Shown here in pieces: positions 17,952 to 28,524 of a DNA stretch of 45,975 nucleotides (within the stretch, counting starts at the first letter, position 1; every line of letters begins with the position of its first letter). The DNA comes from Promethearchaeota archaeon (GTDB taxonomy: Archaea > Asgardarchaeota > Hermodarchaeia > Hermodarchaeales > Hermodarchaeaceae): NCBI GenBank assembly GCA_048938385.1, contig JBHLMG010000018.1, positions 1 to 45,975 on the forward strand. Direction: 5' to 3'. A program made the translations under genes and the position numbers. The notes beneath the pieces were generated by a model. That model searched no databases. It saw only the letters and a program-made list of their open reading frames with translations, and was not told where the DNA came from.

Positions 17952-18015
17952 TAGAGCATGACGATACTATTCGTTTTATCTGTTTTGGCACTCCAAAATT
18001 AACGACGCAAGGACC

Positions 18016-18372
18016 CTAGCGATGTTTTCTGGGCTTAATTACCTCAGAGGGGGTTAGCTCGGGAAGTAGAGTGGTGACCTTGCGAAGAGTCCCACTGATA
18101 CCCACTACTTCAACAATTAGCGGGATCGAATTGATGTGAGTAAGGCTGGCGAGGGCTGCTCGAAGCGGGCGAACTTGATCATGTTGACAGCGAAGGATAG
18201 CCACAGATTCAGTGGGATGGTAGGCAATCACCCAAAACCCTACGCGGCTCACTCCGAATTCACCATAGAGTTCTTGGAGTTGTTGCCAAATAGCATTACG
18301 AAAACTGGCTTCGGAAGGCAGTTTTTCACCAGCGTGTAGGTGGACAGCGAGGTAGCGTCGTCGGGGTTGCAT
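18016..18372 (-). CDS. rnp2: RNase P protein Pop5/Rpp14
   Basis: RRRYLA, LYGEFG, ILRCQH, VVGISGTLRK. Confidence 0.93.
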   Translation of the reverse strand: MQPRRRYLAVHLHAGEKLPSEASFRNAIWQQLQELYGEFGVSRVGFWVIAYHPTESVAILRCQHDQVRPLRAALASLTHINSIPLIVEVVGISGTLRKVTTLLPELTPSEVIKPRKHR

Positions 18373-18374
18373 TA

Positions 18375-19019
18375 CTATGGTTTCCTCCTGGTGAAGAATT
18401 CGATAGAAGTTTCAAGGACGGCCCTGTTAGCAGTGGCTTCAGGAATATTCGCAAGGTAAGCTAGCGCTCCGAGATCCCGAGGTGTTCGCAACTGCCACAA
18501 GTTTTCAGCGCCACTTGTAAGAACGAGCGGACTTTGTGCGCGGAGAAGAGATTCCATTGCTTGAGCCATTACCCGCATTAACCGAGAGCGTGCAGAGCCT
18601 TTGAGAGCCAACAGACCATGGAGGCAGAGTTCTACTGGTTTATTGTGTTTAGTCATTGCTCGAGCTACCTGCGAGTCCACAATAGTATAGTCTTCAACAG
18701 TTTTCATCAGCACCATGTCGACTTCGGGTATCTTTGCAGCGGACAACGCGATCGGCTTGGTTCGACCTTGCACCACAACTAGATCGGTTTGTTGCTTCTG
18801 TTTTTCAACGCGATGTCGAAGGCGTGCGGCACTGTGAGGATTAAGGGTGATGCGATAGAGGAGTTCCATGTTCCTGGGAATTAATCGAGCCGGAAGAGGT
18901 TGGGGGGATTCAATGCCCAGACCGGTTAGTCCTAACCGGCGAGCTTGCTCGAGAATTGCGGAACTCTCTGCGTCGTTGTTAGGGTGACTGAGGCGAACAT
19001 GAAGATCGACCGGGCTCAT
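18375..19019 (-). CDS. rnp3: RNase P protein Rpp30
   Basis: DLHV, RLG, LVLTSGA..LWQLRTPRDL; operon context. Confidence 0.9.
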   Translation of the reverse strand: MSPVDLHVRLSHPNNDAESSAILEQARRLGLTGLGIESPQPLPARLIPRNMELLYRITLNPHSAARLRHRVEKQKQQTDLVVVQGRTKPIALSAAKIPEVDMVLMKTVEDYTIVDSQVARAMTKHNKPVELCLHGLLALKGSARSRLMRVMAQAMESLLRAQSPLVLTSGAENLWQLRTPRDLGALAYLANIPEATANRAVLETSIEFFTRRKP

Positions 19020-19031
19020 CCTATTCCATTC

Positions 19032-19490
19032 CTAAAAGAGGTTGAGGTGCTGGCATTGGTTCTGTAGTTCATTGAGCGACATTTTTCGCCCTGTAAATTG
19101 GATTACAAGACGAAGTGAATCACCTTGGTTTATTATTCGTAACCGTCCTTGATAAGAATCCTGCTTATCAAATCGGAGGAACAGATGACCTTTCTGGTTT
19201 GTTCTAGTAGCCAAGGTTGCTTTCACCAGTTCACGCTCTGTTGTAGAGAGTCGTTCCCCAATAGAGTTTACGGAATGGGTTACAAGAAGTCCATCTGTCA
19301 GCTCAGCCTCAAGGCGTATAATCGGATTGTGATGGTGTCCTCGAAGCTGAGTTCTTTTGTATTTCAGGGCAGTTTGAGCAGTTTGTGGAAATAAATTTTC
19401 AATGGCCATTCGGACCTTATTTTCATCTTCTGTAGCATGTACCAGGGCATGCACTACTATTCGTGACAGCCCCTTTTGTGGTGAGGACAT
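19032..19490 (-). CDS. Archaeal RNA-binding protein of the exosome/RNase P superoperon (HATED family)
   Basis: VHATEDENKV, GHHHNPI, LFLRFDKQ. Confidence 0.9.
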   Translation of the reverse strand: MSSPQKGLSRIVVHALVHATEDENKVRMAIENLFPQTAQTALKYKRTQLRGHHHNPIIRLEAELTDGLLVTHSVNSIGERLSTTERELVKATLATRTNQKGHLFLRFDKQDSYQGRLRIINQGDSLRLVIQFTGRKMSLNELQNQCQHLNLF

Positions 19491-19525
19491 TAACTAGTCA
19501 CTCTCCAAAAGAGTAAGCGAGTGAA

Positions 19526-20101
19526 TTATTTTCCGCGTCGATCATGTTTTCCGATACTCGGACGGAGTTTTTCAGCACCGGACCCTCGTTGGCGCAACCC
19601 ACGAGAGGTTTTTCCAGCGGGAGTTAGTCCTCGGAAGACCCGTCCTTTGTGAACGGGATTACAAACCCAGTTAATTCGGGGATCAGCTTTGATGACAGGA
19701 TGTTCAGGATCTACCAAGATAATTTCATACCAGAGATTCTTACCATCCTCAGCAATGTAATACGAACCCAATACTCGAAGGTTAGGGAATTTTCGTGCTG
19801 TGCGTTCCTCCGCCATCCACTGACGACTTCGACCCGGGGTGATTTTCACAGTGCCCATCTTTTTAGGCTTGCGACCCATAGTCGGCCGAGGCTTACGACG
19901 CGATCCGCGGGTTATCCTCTGGCGTACAACAACATAACCTTGCTTGGCCCGATATCCGAGTTGTCGAGCACGATCTAATCGAGTGGGTTTATCAATGCGA
20001 TGAGTAGCTGGTTCTTTCCGCCACTCGATGAGACGGGTCCGGATCAGGGCTTTCAAGTCTTTATCATGGCTAGCATAGAGCTGGCCAATGTGTTTGTACA
20101 T
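19526..20101 (-). CDS. rpl15e: 50S ribosomal protein L15e
   Basis: PTRLDRARQLGYRAKQG, AEER..RKFPNL.VL.SY, RVFRGLT.AG. Confidence 0.98.
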   Translation of the reverse strand: MYKHIGQLYASHDKDLKALIRTRLIEWRKEPATHRIDKPTRLDRARQLGYRAKQGYVVVRQRITRGSRRKPRPTMGRKPKKMGTVKITPGRSRQWMAEERTARKFPNLRVLGSYYIAEDGKNLWYEIILVDPEHPVIKADPRINWVCNPVHKGRVFRGLTPAGKTSRGLRQRGSGAEKLRPSIGKHDRRGK

Positions 20102-20164
20102 TGCTGTAGACGCCTCCGCGTATTGGCATAGCGAACCGCTATTGCCTATAAAAATGCTGTGCTA

Positions 20165-21109
20165 CTACTTGAGAAGTTTTTGGAGTTTCTCAGCTATCAC
20201 CATGGAATTCGCCCGTGACGCTTCCGTCGTCTGGGCACCGATATGTGGCGTTGAGACGACATTCGGAAGGGCTATGAGCTTTTTGAGCAGCTCGTTCTCA
20301 AAGGGAGGTTCTTCTGAAAAGACATCCACCCCAGCGCCCCCGAGGTGCCCATCAATTAATCCTTGATACAGGGCTTGTTCATCGACTATTCCACCACGAG
20401 CGGTGTTGATCACAATCGCTCCATCAGGCATTGCCGCAATCTCCTTTTCACCAATTAACCCCTTTGTTTTGGGAGTCAAGGGAACATGCACAGTTAGGAT
20501 CTCCACTGAAGAACATAACTGGTCTACTGGAAGGTATTCCACCCCCTGCAGCTTCATGGCTTCAATGCGTTCAGGTAATATGTCAAAGCCATAGACTTTC
20601 ATTTCAAAAGCCTTAGCACGTTTGGCGACCTCTTCACCAATAAACCCAAAACCCCAGATGCCTAGCCGACGACCACGGAGTTCTCCTCCTTTACTAGCGT
20701 TCTTTAGCCATTCACCTCGACGAAGACCCTGATCCCCAAATGACACCTTTCGAATGACGCTAAGTGTTAAGGCAAAGACTAATTCTGCAACCGAGACGGA
20801 TGGCCCTTCTGGTGAGTTGATAACTTGGAGGTTCTTTTCTTTTGCAGCGTTGAGATCAACATTATCCAATCCAACCCCAGCTCGAGCAATTACTTGGAGC
20901 GAGGTGCCTGCTGAAATCACGGCTTGAGTTACTTTCGTTCTGCTGCGTACGATTAACGCATCATAGCCATCAATGATTTTCAGTAATTGGTCGGGAGTTA
21001 CATCTGTTTGTAGACTAAGTTCAAATCCAGCCTGTTGTAATTGCTTAACTGCATCCTCATGAATCGAATCAGCAACAAGAATTCTTGCTTTCGCCACTAT
21101 CTTCACCAT
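20165..21109 (-). CDS. D-isomer 2-hydroxyacid dehydrogenase (SerA-like, no ACT domain)
   Basis: VRSRTKV, RAGVGLDNVD, GFGFIG, NTARGG, DVFSEEP, TPHIGAQT. Confidence 0.92.
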   Translation of the reverse strand: MVKIVAKARILVADSIHEDAVKQLQQAGFELSLQTDVTPDQLLKIIDGYDALIVRSRTKVTQAVISAGTSLQVIARAGVGLDNVDLNAAKEKNLQVINSPEGPSVSVAELVFALTLSVIRKVSFGDQGLRRGEWLKNASKGGELRGRRLGIWGFGFIGEEVAKRAKAFEMKVYGFDILPERIEAMKLQGVEYLPVDQLCSSVEILTVHVPLTPKTKGLIGEKEIAAMPDGAIVINTARGGIVDEQALYQGLIDGHLGGAGVDVFSEEPPFENELLKKLIALPNVVSTPHIGAQTTEASRANSMVIAEKLQKLLK

Positions 21110-21224
21110 GTATGATTTCGAAGAATTCGCTTTCGCACCGAAAGCGGCTTATCTTTGCCCCCAATGCTGGAACCGCTGTGATTTATTTGTTATCGTTAGT
21201 ATTAGTGAACAGAGGTCACCCACC

Positions 21225-22433
21225 ATGTTGGTAGGAATTGTTGGTAAACCATCATCCGGAAAGAGTACCTTCCTAAATGCAGCCTGTCGGACCTCGGCGA
21301 AGGTCGGAGCCTACCCCTTCACCACGATTGAACCGAATCCGGGAACCGCTTATGTGCGAGTGGACTGCGTTTGCCAGGAGTTTGGAGTTGAGTGCAACGC
21401 AAAGAATTCAGTGTGCCGAGATGGGGTTCGCTTGATTCCAATAGATATGCTAGATGTAGCTGGTCTCGTTCCGGATGCCTACTTGGGTCGTGGGCGAGGA
21501 AACCAGTTTCTTGATGACCTTCGACGGGCTGATGCGTTTATTCATGTTGTTGATGTTTCAGGATCCCTGGACGCGGAAGGACGTGAAGTAGAGCCGGGAA
21601 CCTGGGACCCCCAACAGGATGTCGAATTTCTTGACCGTGAACTCACCATGTGGCTCGTACAAATTTTACACCGTGATTGGAGGAAGCTTTCTCGCCGTGC
21701 TGAAACTGAAAAACAAAAAATCAGTACACTCCTCGCAGAAAAAGTCTCTGGCTTACAAATTACTGAAGCTACTATTCGCTCAGCGATCCGAGTAAGTGAG
21801 CTGCCACCAGAGAAGCCTTCAGAGTGGACCGATGAAGACCTTGAAAAACTGGTTCGAATTCTGAGGCGTCAGGCTAAACCAATGGTCATTGCTGCCAACA
21901 AAATTGACCGCCCTCAAGCAAGCCAATACCTAGAGGGGCTCCGTGAACACAACGAAGAGAAAGTCATTCCTTGCAGTGCAGCTGGAGAATTAGCTCTTCG
22001 TGATCTAAGTGAAAAAGGGGTCATTGATTACCTTCCTGGTGCTCCGAATTTCGGTATTTTGCAGCTGGACGCACTTGGTGACCGGGAACAAACCCAGCTC
22101 CAGCGGCTCCAAGAAGAAATTTTAGATAAATATGGATCAACGGGTGTGCAACAGGTGTTGAATACCGTCGTTTTTGATGTTTTGAAGTTAATACCGGTAT
22201 ATCCTGTTGAAGATGCCGGAAAATTCAGTGATCACGACGGAAACATTCTTCCTGATGTCTATCTGGTCCCCCAAGGGACGACAGCTCGTCAACTCGCTTT
22301 CAAAATCCATACCGACCTGGGTGAAACCTTCATCCATGCGGTGGACGCAAGAACGAAGAAACGGTTATCGGAGAGCTATGAACTAAAAGCCCATGATGTC
22401 ATCCGCATTGTTGCCGCAGGAGCGACCCACTGA
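21225..22433 (+). CDS. ychF: Obg-family YchF/OLA1-like NTPase with TGS domain
   Basis: [37 protein letters not shown]; start ATG 21225. Confidence 0.95.
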   Translation: MLVGIVGKPSSGKSTFLNAACRTSAKVGAYPFTTIEPNPGTAYVRVDCVCQEFGVECNAKNSVCRDGVRLIPIDMLDVAGLVPDAYLGRGRGNQFLDDLRRADAFIHVVDVSGSLDAEGREVEPGTWDPQQDVEFLDRELTMWLVQILHRDWRKLSRRAETEKQKISTLLAEKVSGLQITEATIRSAIRVSELPPEKPSEWTDEDLEKLVRILRRQAKPMVIAANKIDRPQASQYLEGLREHNEEKVIPCSAAGELALRDLSEKGVIDYLPGAPNFGILQLDALGDREQTQLQRLQEEILDKYGSTGVQQVLNTVVFDVLKLIPVYPVEDAGKFSDHDGNILPDVYLVPQGTTARQLAFKIHTDLGETFIHAVDARTKKRLSESYELKAHDVIRIVAAGATH

Positions 22434-22436
22434 CTG

Positions 22437-22877
22437 CTAGCTTTCGCGTTCATAATGGCCCCAGATTTTCTTCGAACCAAAACTACGAATCCCTTTGCTT
22501 TGAAGCTGCTTGCGTAGTTCCTTAGCATGGACTGGTTTAATTTCACCGCGTTCTTCTAAGAACGCAATGATTTCCATGGCTTCTTCATTTGTCGAACAGC
22601 GTCGTAGAAAATCAATTACATCAGGAGAATAGCCCGAATACCGTGGTTTCCCGGTGTTAATGACTTGGCCAGTTCGATTCGTTTCCTCCCAGCGGACGCC
22701 ATCGATTGTGACATTGGCTTTAGCAGTTTTAATCTCCGCAGCGAGGTGTGGAAGTCGCTCTAATACCTTCTCACTGAGATCCTCGCATTCTGCATCGGGA
22801 ACTGTATGGGGTACTTCTGTGGGCTTCACTGTTTCGCCTACTGGTTTCTTCTTGCTTGTGGTTTTTTTCGGGCTCAT
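22437..22877 (-). CDS. DUF2095-like conserved archaeal protein
   Basis: PHLAAEI, YSPDVIDFLRRC.T.EEA.EII.FLE.RGEI, GIRSFG.KK. Confidence 0.85.
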   Translation of the reverse strand: MSPKKTTSKKKPVGETVKPTEVPHTVPDAECEDLSEKVLERLPHLAAEIKTAKANVTIDGVRWEETNRTGQVINTGKPRYSGYSPDVIDFLRRCSTNEEAMEIIAFLEERGEIKPVHAKELRKQLQSKGIRSFGSKKIWGHYERES

Positions 22878-22909
22878 CGATCTTAATTCCCTAGATCTTT
22901 TCTAACAAT

Positions 22910-24469
22910 CTAGTGATCTAGCCTGGCATACCGGCGCAATAAAATATTCCGCTTTATTCCTACATCAATGCGATCCCAGGGGAAGTGGGCTTCAGAGGAA
23001 TAATCTGCTGTGGCCAAAGCTTCTAAGCTGATACCTTGATCCTTGGCAACTTTAAACCAGGTTCCAGCCGTCGCCTTGGGTTGTTGAGCAACTCCTGCTA
23101 GGACGGGAGCTAGCTCGGTTGTCCCTCGCGAGAGTGCCCCTTGAATTATGGCCCATCGAGGATTCGGAATATCAACCTGAATACGCGCCAGGCGTTGAAG
23201 GCCTTGTAAAAGGCGGATCCGTTTTTTCAAAGCGGCAAGAGATGGTGATCCGACCCATTGATAGGGAGTATGGGGTTTGGGAATGAACGGGGCAATGGTG
23301 ACATGTAATCGATGACGCTGGGGTGGTAGCTCAAGGAGAGTGCGACAGAAGGTTTCAATGGCGAGGATGTCTTCTGGCGTCTCTGTAGGTAGTCCTATCA
23401 TGAAGTAGAGCTTAATTTGGGAAAAGCCTCCAGCTAACGCCGTATTAAGTGTGGCATGAAACACATCGTCTGGAATCCCTTTTCCGATGGTTGTCCGTAG
23501 CCGTTCCGAGCCAGCTTCAGGTGCGAAAGTCAGAGTACGCTGTCCCCCTTGATAGATGAGTGAGAGAATCTGGGGGTCCGGCAAATCGGCGCGGAGAGAA
23601 GGTACTGATAAACTCCGATTCCGGCTTACAATGGACGCAAGTAATGCAGAGAGATCGGAGTGATCGGTGAAGCCGGAGGCGAGTAAGGCAACCTTATCGA
23701 CGCCAGTACACTGGAGACCGCCTTCGATGATCGCGTCTAGGGTTGCTAAAGAGCGTTCACGGCGCGGGCTACATTGGTAGGTTGTAAGGCAGAAATCACA
23801 TCGTCGGTCACACCCGCGGGAAATCTCTACTAGAAGACTTTCTCCGAAGGTCGGTTCTAACTCCGCCGGGTATGGAGAGACTGGCAAGATTTGGCAGGTA
23901 GGATGAAACGCCGTATCCAAATCCGTTATCCAAACCCTTTGAGCTTTGGTTCGTCCAGCCAGGAGAAAATGATCGTCTAATAATGTGTCAAGGTCGGAGG
24001 GCTTTTGAGTCGCTATGAGCGCATCGAGTAGTTGATCGAGAACTGGTTCAACATCACCTAATTGAAACACATTCACAAAGGGAAGGAGGGGAAACGGATT
24101 AGATAAAGCACAGGGACCGCCTGCAATTACCCAAGGGCGTTTTCGAGCATCAGTTCGTAGAGGAATTCCCGAGTTATACAGCATCTCCAATGCATGGACG
24201 AAGTCTGTTTCGAATTGAAGAGAAAAGGCGATTACATCAAACTTAGAGAGTGGTTGTCCTGACTCCAAGGATCGTGGAGGTTCTCCAGGAACATAGAATA
24301 CTCGTTCACATACGACATCTGCACGCGCGTTAAAGAGGTGATAGAGCAGATGGATGGCAAGACTTGTCATTCCGACTCGGTAAGCATTTGGGTAACACAG
24401 AGCGACTCGAAGATGGACTTTTCGCCAGTCCTTTTTAACCACATTGCGTTCCCGTAATTGCTCCGGCAT
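22910..24469 (-). CDS. B12-binding-like radical SAM protein
   Basis: YPNAYRVGMTSL, GGPC, EISRGCDRRCDFC, APEAGSERLR, KLYFMIGLP, FIPKPHTP. Confidence 0.93.
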   Translation of the reverse strand: MPEQLRERNVVKKDWRKVHLRVALCYPNAYRVGMTSLAIHLLYHLFNARADVVCERVFYVPGEPPRSLESGQPLSKFDVIAFSLQFETDFVHALEMLYNSGIPLRTDARKRPWVIAGGPCALSNPFPLLPFVNVFQLGDVEPVLDQLLDALIATQKPSDLDTLLDDHFLLAGRTKAQRVWITDLDTAFHPTCQILPVSPYPAELEPTFGESLLVEISRGCDRRCDFCLTTYQCSPRRERSLATLDAIIEGGLQCTGVDKVALLASGFTDHSDLSALLASIVSRNRSLSVPSLRADLPDPQILSLIYQGGQRTLTFAPEAGSERLRTTIGKGIPDDVFHATLNTALAGGFSQIKLYFMIGLPTETPEDILAIETFCRTLLELPPQRHRLHVTIAPFIPKPHTPYQWVGSPSLAALKKRIRLLQGLQRLARIQVDIPNPRWAIIQGALSRGTTELAPVLAGVAQQPKATAGTWFKVAKDQGISLEALATADYSSEAHFPWDRIDVGIKRNILLRRYARLDH

Positions 24470-24629
24470 TTGAACACGCCATTACCACACATCATTATTC
24501 GCAATTAAAAAGACTGCAAGATCCATGGATAGCCCTGCTTCGCAGTTACAAAAGTTTGCCGTCTTGATCGAAGTTCCGAGGTGAATTGTTCCTGAAAGGC
24601 ACCAAACTGTGCAGAGCGTGCTTCAACGA

Positions 24630-24914
24630 TTAATCGCTACTGAGCTGAACCAGAGAACGAAGGGAAGGAGATTCGACCGCAATGCGTCCTTTCATTGCTT
24701 CAAGTTCTGCAAGAAAATCCAGTAAGGCCTTTGCACGCTTGAAGACCCGGACAATGCCAAGTTCTGTGATACGAAGCACAGCAACACGATTCATAACCTC
24801 GACATAAATACCGCCTAAATACAAATCGTGTTTGAGAAATATCCGACGTCCTGATTCATTCTCTGCATTTCGGGCTTTCCAGAAACCCTGCCGCTGGAGT
24901 GTTCGAGTAAACAT
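24630..24914 (-). CDS. Hypothetical protein (94 aa)
   Basis: ATG-initiated ORF filling an intergenic gap, with TATA-like CTTATTAA upstream; no recognised family. Confidence 0.6.
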   Translation of the reverse strand: MFTRTLQRQGFWKARNAENESGRRIFLKHDLYLGGIYVEVMNRVAVLRITELGIVRVFKRAKALLDFLAELEAMKGRIAVESPSLRSLVQLSSD

Positions 24915-25209
24915 ACTAGCCAGACCCGCAATTAAAAGCGCATTGAGCGTTAATAAGGCTTACCGCTACGCTTTGGCATAAAACCGTTTTAAGTCGGTTT
25001 CATTTTGCACGAAAACCCCTCGTCTAAAGAAGGCTTTCAAACCCCGTTTAATAAAGGAGTTGCTGAATTTAAGGTCATATAAAAACCCACTATTATCTGG
25101 ATGATATGCGCGCGCTTAAAGGGAGTAATACCAGTTACTTGAAAGCTGAGCTTCAAGGACACTGCGAGGAGAAAACCCTCCATCACGCAGTAAAAAACCC
25201 CGAGTAGAG

Positions 25210-25800
25210 CTAGGTCGATGCGGAGGGGGAGGCAAGTAGTTTGCTCTTACGAATCTCGCTTTTTCGTAGAGGAAAAATCGCCTTAGCTTTGTTGTAGATA
25301 TCGCTACCAATCTTGCCCAAGACACATTCTTGGATAAAGGCGTCAAAGTTCAGTCGCTTTGCTCGTCGCGTAACAACGGTTCCCATGATGTCGCGAATTG
25401 CAGCTTGTTGGGTTGTTTTCGCTCGCCGCATGGGAAAGGCGATGGCATAGACCCGGATCTTGTAGTTGTCTTTGGTGGTGACATCAAAAATTCCATCGAT
25501 ACGACTGCTTCCCCGCCGTACTAAGCTCCGGAGATAATCGCGGGTGAAATCGTGACCTGCAAAATGGGTATAGGCTTTGTCTCCTTTCACATCGTTTATC
25601 TGGAAGTAGAGCTTGATATGAATTTGGTTGAAATCCCCTGAAATCGCATAAAGAGTGGTTTCGACTCTTCGGCCTACGAGGGTTTTAGGGTTCCCTGTTG
25701 GCGTTTCTCCGATCTCAACATTACCAAAGGTGCTAGGAGCAACCATCATATACCAGCGTTTTTCACGCCATTTGTCACGAACTCGAGAAGCACGACTCAT
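25210..25800 (-). CDS. rps3ae: 30S ribosomal protein S3Ae (eS1)
   Basis: RDKWREKRWY, GRRVETTL, DYLRSLVRRGSSRID, IFPLRKSEIRK. Confidence 0.98.
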   Translation of the reverse strand: MSRASRVRDKWREKRWYMMVAPSTFGNVEIGETPTGNPKTLVGRRVETTLYAISGDFNQIHIKLYFQINDVKGDKAYTHFAGHDFTRDYLRSLVRRGSSRIDGIFDVTTKDNYKIRVYAIAFPMRRAKTTQQAAIRDIMGTVVTRRAKRLNFDAFIQECVLGKIGSDIYNKAKAIFPLRKSEIRKSKLLASPSAST

Positions 25801-25858
25801 TTTTTGCTACCTTGAACTTTCACTCTTTGTCAGGCGTGAAGGGCAAGACCAGCCGCGG

Positions 25859-27355
25859 CTATTTAATTGTTTCCTCATTCGCATTCTCGTCATCAGGAAG
25901 TTCTACCTTTTTCATTCGTCCCAGTTGCTTACGAAGAACTCGCTCCACGATTTCGAGGAAGCGTTGTTCTTGGCCTCGCGGAATTGTAGCCCCGGCTGCT
26001 ATGTTATGACCGCCACCTTCAGAACCGCTCCCAATTTCTGCTGCGGCTTGTTTCATGGCTTCTCCTAGATCGGCACCCGCCTCCACAATCAGCTGGGTTG
26101 TTCGCGCAGAAACCTTTACTCGCCCATCACGAGAATAGACAAAGGCTATTACAGGTTTAGACCAATCTAGCATACGGGCGTTAAGCGCCATGCCTGCAAT
26201 GTTACCAACTATTGTATCGGGAACTCGATCTTGGGCATGAAAAGTTTGGAGGAATTTTCGAGCGGTAACAGCATCCTTATCTTCAATGAGCCATTGTAAA
26301 CCTAAGGCGAGTTGTTCCCGATATTCTTTCAAAATGCTCTCTGCTTTTCGGTAAAGATCACCACGGTCGCCCATACACACCGCTACACCAATACCACCTT
26401 GGTTGGTGCGCCCTGTAGCATTGAGAAGTGTGGAAAACATACGAGCGTCACGGAGGTAGCTCCCTTTCTCCTCTTGAGTCAGAGTGAATACAACACCGAT
26501 AAGCGCCTGGGCTTCACGGGGAGGAATGTTCTTTTGGAGCATATAGGTGATGAGAGACGAGTTCATTTGACGCTTCTCTTCCTTGGACAGGGATGCAATA
26601 GTCCGCCATTTATCCCCATCGCGTAATTCAATGCCAAGTTCGGCAAGGAAATTCAATGCGCCCTCCGGATCATTACTAATGCCAGGAATGTACGGGTCAC
26701 TGGTATATTGCAGAGCTACATGAATTGGGCGAGTTTCACGACCGAAGATCCGTATGTCGATGGATCGTTCAAGCACTCCCGCAGCCTGAGCGTCTTCGAC
26801 GATGATGTTCTTGTTCAGCCCCACGAGATCGTGCTGCTTTCCCCGGTCTTGCATATCTCCAAGGGCTCCGACTACAGCTAATGCCGCTAAATCGTCATTA
26901 GAGCCACCCAGGTGACGTGCAATGAGATACGCGGCACCTGCGCCTGAAATCTCGTAGGTGGCATCAAATCCGCATTCATTAGGATTGAATTGGTAGATGT
27001 TAGATGGGAGAGGAGCATCATCTAGTGGATGGTGGTCTAGAATGACCGTTTCTGCGTCTTTTAACGATTCTTTGATGAGGGGGATTTGGCCACTACCAAG
27101 ATCGCAGAAAATTTGGTACCCAGAACCATGGGTGGCTAACTCTGTGAGATAGAGCTGATCGAGTTGGCGGGTTATTCGTAAATGAAAGGCTGCGTTTCGT
27201 CGAGCTAATGCTGACCCCATAATTCCTGCAGCTGAAAGACCGTCAGCATCCAAGTGTGAAGTAACGAAAATTGTTTCGTTTGCTTCAATCCAGTCATTGA
27301 TACGACCAGCTGTTCTGTCAGCAAGTTCGAGAAGCCGATCTAAGTTCTTTGTCAA
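25859..27355 (-). CDS. RecJ/Cdc45-like DHH nuclease (GAN type)
   Basis: SHLDADGLSA, CDLGSG, LDHH, GDMQ, GGGHNIAAG; conserved uS15-RecJ-eS1 context. Confidence 0.92.
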   Translation of the reverse strand: MTKNLDRLLELADRTAGRINDWIEANETIFVTSHLDADGLSAAGIMGSALARRNAAFHLRITRQLDQLYLTELATHGSGYQIFCDLGSGQIPLIKESLKDAETVILDHHPLDDAPLPSNIYQFNPNECGFDATYEISGAGAAYLIARHLGGSNDDLAALAVVGALGDMQDRGKQHDLVGLNKNIIVEDAQAAGVLERSIDIRIFGRETRPIHVALQYTSDPYIPGISNDPEGALNFLAELGIELRDGDKWRTIASLSKEEKRQMNSSLITYMLQKNIPPREAQALIGVVFTLTQEEKGSYLRDARMFSTLLNATGRTNQGGIGVAVCMGDRGDLYRKAESILKEYREQLALGLQWLIEDKDAVTARKFLQTFHAQDRVPDTIVGNIAGMALNARMLDWSKPVIAFVYSRDGRVKVSARTTQLIVEAGADLGEAMKQAAAEIGSGSEGGGHNIAAGATIPRGQEQRFLEIVERVLRKQLGRMKKVELPDDENANEETIK

Positions 27356-27381
27356 GGAAATCAGCCGACAATCTTCTGCAC

Positions 27382-27837
27382 CTAGCGAATAAGCAGCGCT
27401 GCTTGTTCAGGCGTATATTTCCAATCTTCAGGGAGAATACCGCGACGGCGATAATACTTCACTAGGCGACGAATTTTGCTTTCAATTAGACGAAGCCCAT
27501 ATCCAGAATGAAGGTCTTTCCCCGAACCTTCAATGTGCCGTCGAAGTGTAACGGCTCGACTAATCAAATGGAAGAGATCTTCTGGAACTTTCAGTGATTG
27601 CTCGTTTTCGTTGAGAATTTGAGTGATAGTTTTTCCTGTGATTGCTTTAGTGAGTGGAACTCCATGTTGATCCCGGAGAATGAGACCGATCATTGATGGT
27701 TGGTGTCCTTCTTTTGCCAACTTCACAATAAGTTCTTCGACTTCCTCAGGCGTGCGTTGACACCAATCAGGATTTTCAAGCCGAATTGGTCGTTTTGAAT
27801 GGGATCGTCCTTTGCGTTGAGAATGCATTCGAGCCAT
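27382..27837 (-). CDS. rps15: 30S ribosomal protein S15 (uS15)
   Basis: [42 protein letters not shown]. Confidence 0.98.
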   Translation of the reverse strand: MARMHSQRKGRSHSKRPIRLENPDWCQRTPEEVEELIVKLAKEGHQPSMIGLILRDQHGVPLTKAITGKTITQILNENEQSLKVPEDLFHLISRAVTLRRHIEGSGKDLHSGYGLRLIESKIRRLVKYYRRRGILPEDWKYTPEQAALLIR

Positions 27838-27951
27838 TTGGATTCATCCTAGTGGCAATATGGTTTCAATGTCTAACATGTTGTATCAGATAGAACCATC
27901 GCACAGCGGTTAGAGTCACGCTATTTAAGACTATCTGTATTTTGTGTTGTT

Positions 27952-28518
27952 TCAACAGGTGTGCAGAAGCCATTGGGCAAATTTTGCCAAGGCTTTCGCA
28001 CGGTGGGAAATTTGATTCTTCATATCCGTTGGCATTTCTGAATAGGTTGAACCGTCTCCTTCTTTAGGGATGAAGATGGGATCAAATCCCCAACGAGTGC
28101 CACGAATGCGGTGAGCAATGGTTCCTTCGGTTCGTCCCTCAAAACATTGGATCTCTTGGTCAGGGACACCATAAGCTATGACAGAGCGAAATTCCGCTGA
28201 GCGGTTTTTAACACCTTCCATGAGCTTAATGATTCCAGGATTACCAATTGAGTGTAAGACATATGAAGAATAGGGTCCGGGGAATCCGTTATAATGGTAG
28301 ATGAACATACCTGCGTCCTCAATGAAGAGGGGACGATTGACTTGTTGCAAAGCTTGTTCACACCCATGTTGGGCAATGGCTTTCAGCGAGGTCGACTGAA
28401 TCTCAATTGGACGGTCAGGATACTGCTCAATAGCGAATCCAACCCGTTTTAGGATGTTTTTGGCCTCAGCGAATTTGTCTTTATTTCCGGTCACGAAGAG
28501 AAGGGGGGAGGGCTTCAT
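27952..28518 (-). CDS. rdgB: dITP/XTP pyrophosphatase (Ham1/RdgB)
   Basis: VTGNKDK, EIQ, EDAG, GFPGPYS, GFDPIF, KNQISHR. Confidence 0.96.
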   Translation of the reverse strand: MKPSPLLFVTGNKDKFAEAKNILKRVGFAIEQYPDRPIEIQSTSLKAIAQHGCEQALQQVNRPLFIEDAGMFIYHYNGFPGPYSSYVLHSIGNPGIIKLMEGVKNRSAEFRSVIAYGVPDQEIQCFEGRTEGTIAHRIRGTRWGFDPIFIPKEGDGSTYSEMPTDMKNQISHRAKALAKFAQWLLHTC

Positions 28519-28524
28519 TAGAAT

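Noticed and set aside
17867-18015. tRNA or RNase P/SRP RNA in the GC-rich gap
   Set aside because: No cloverleaf or T-loop, and too short; C/D box architecture fits better.
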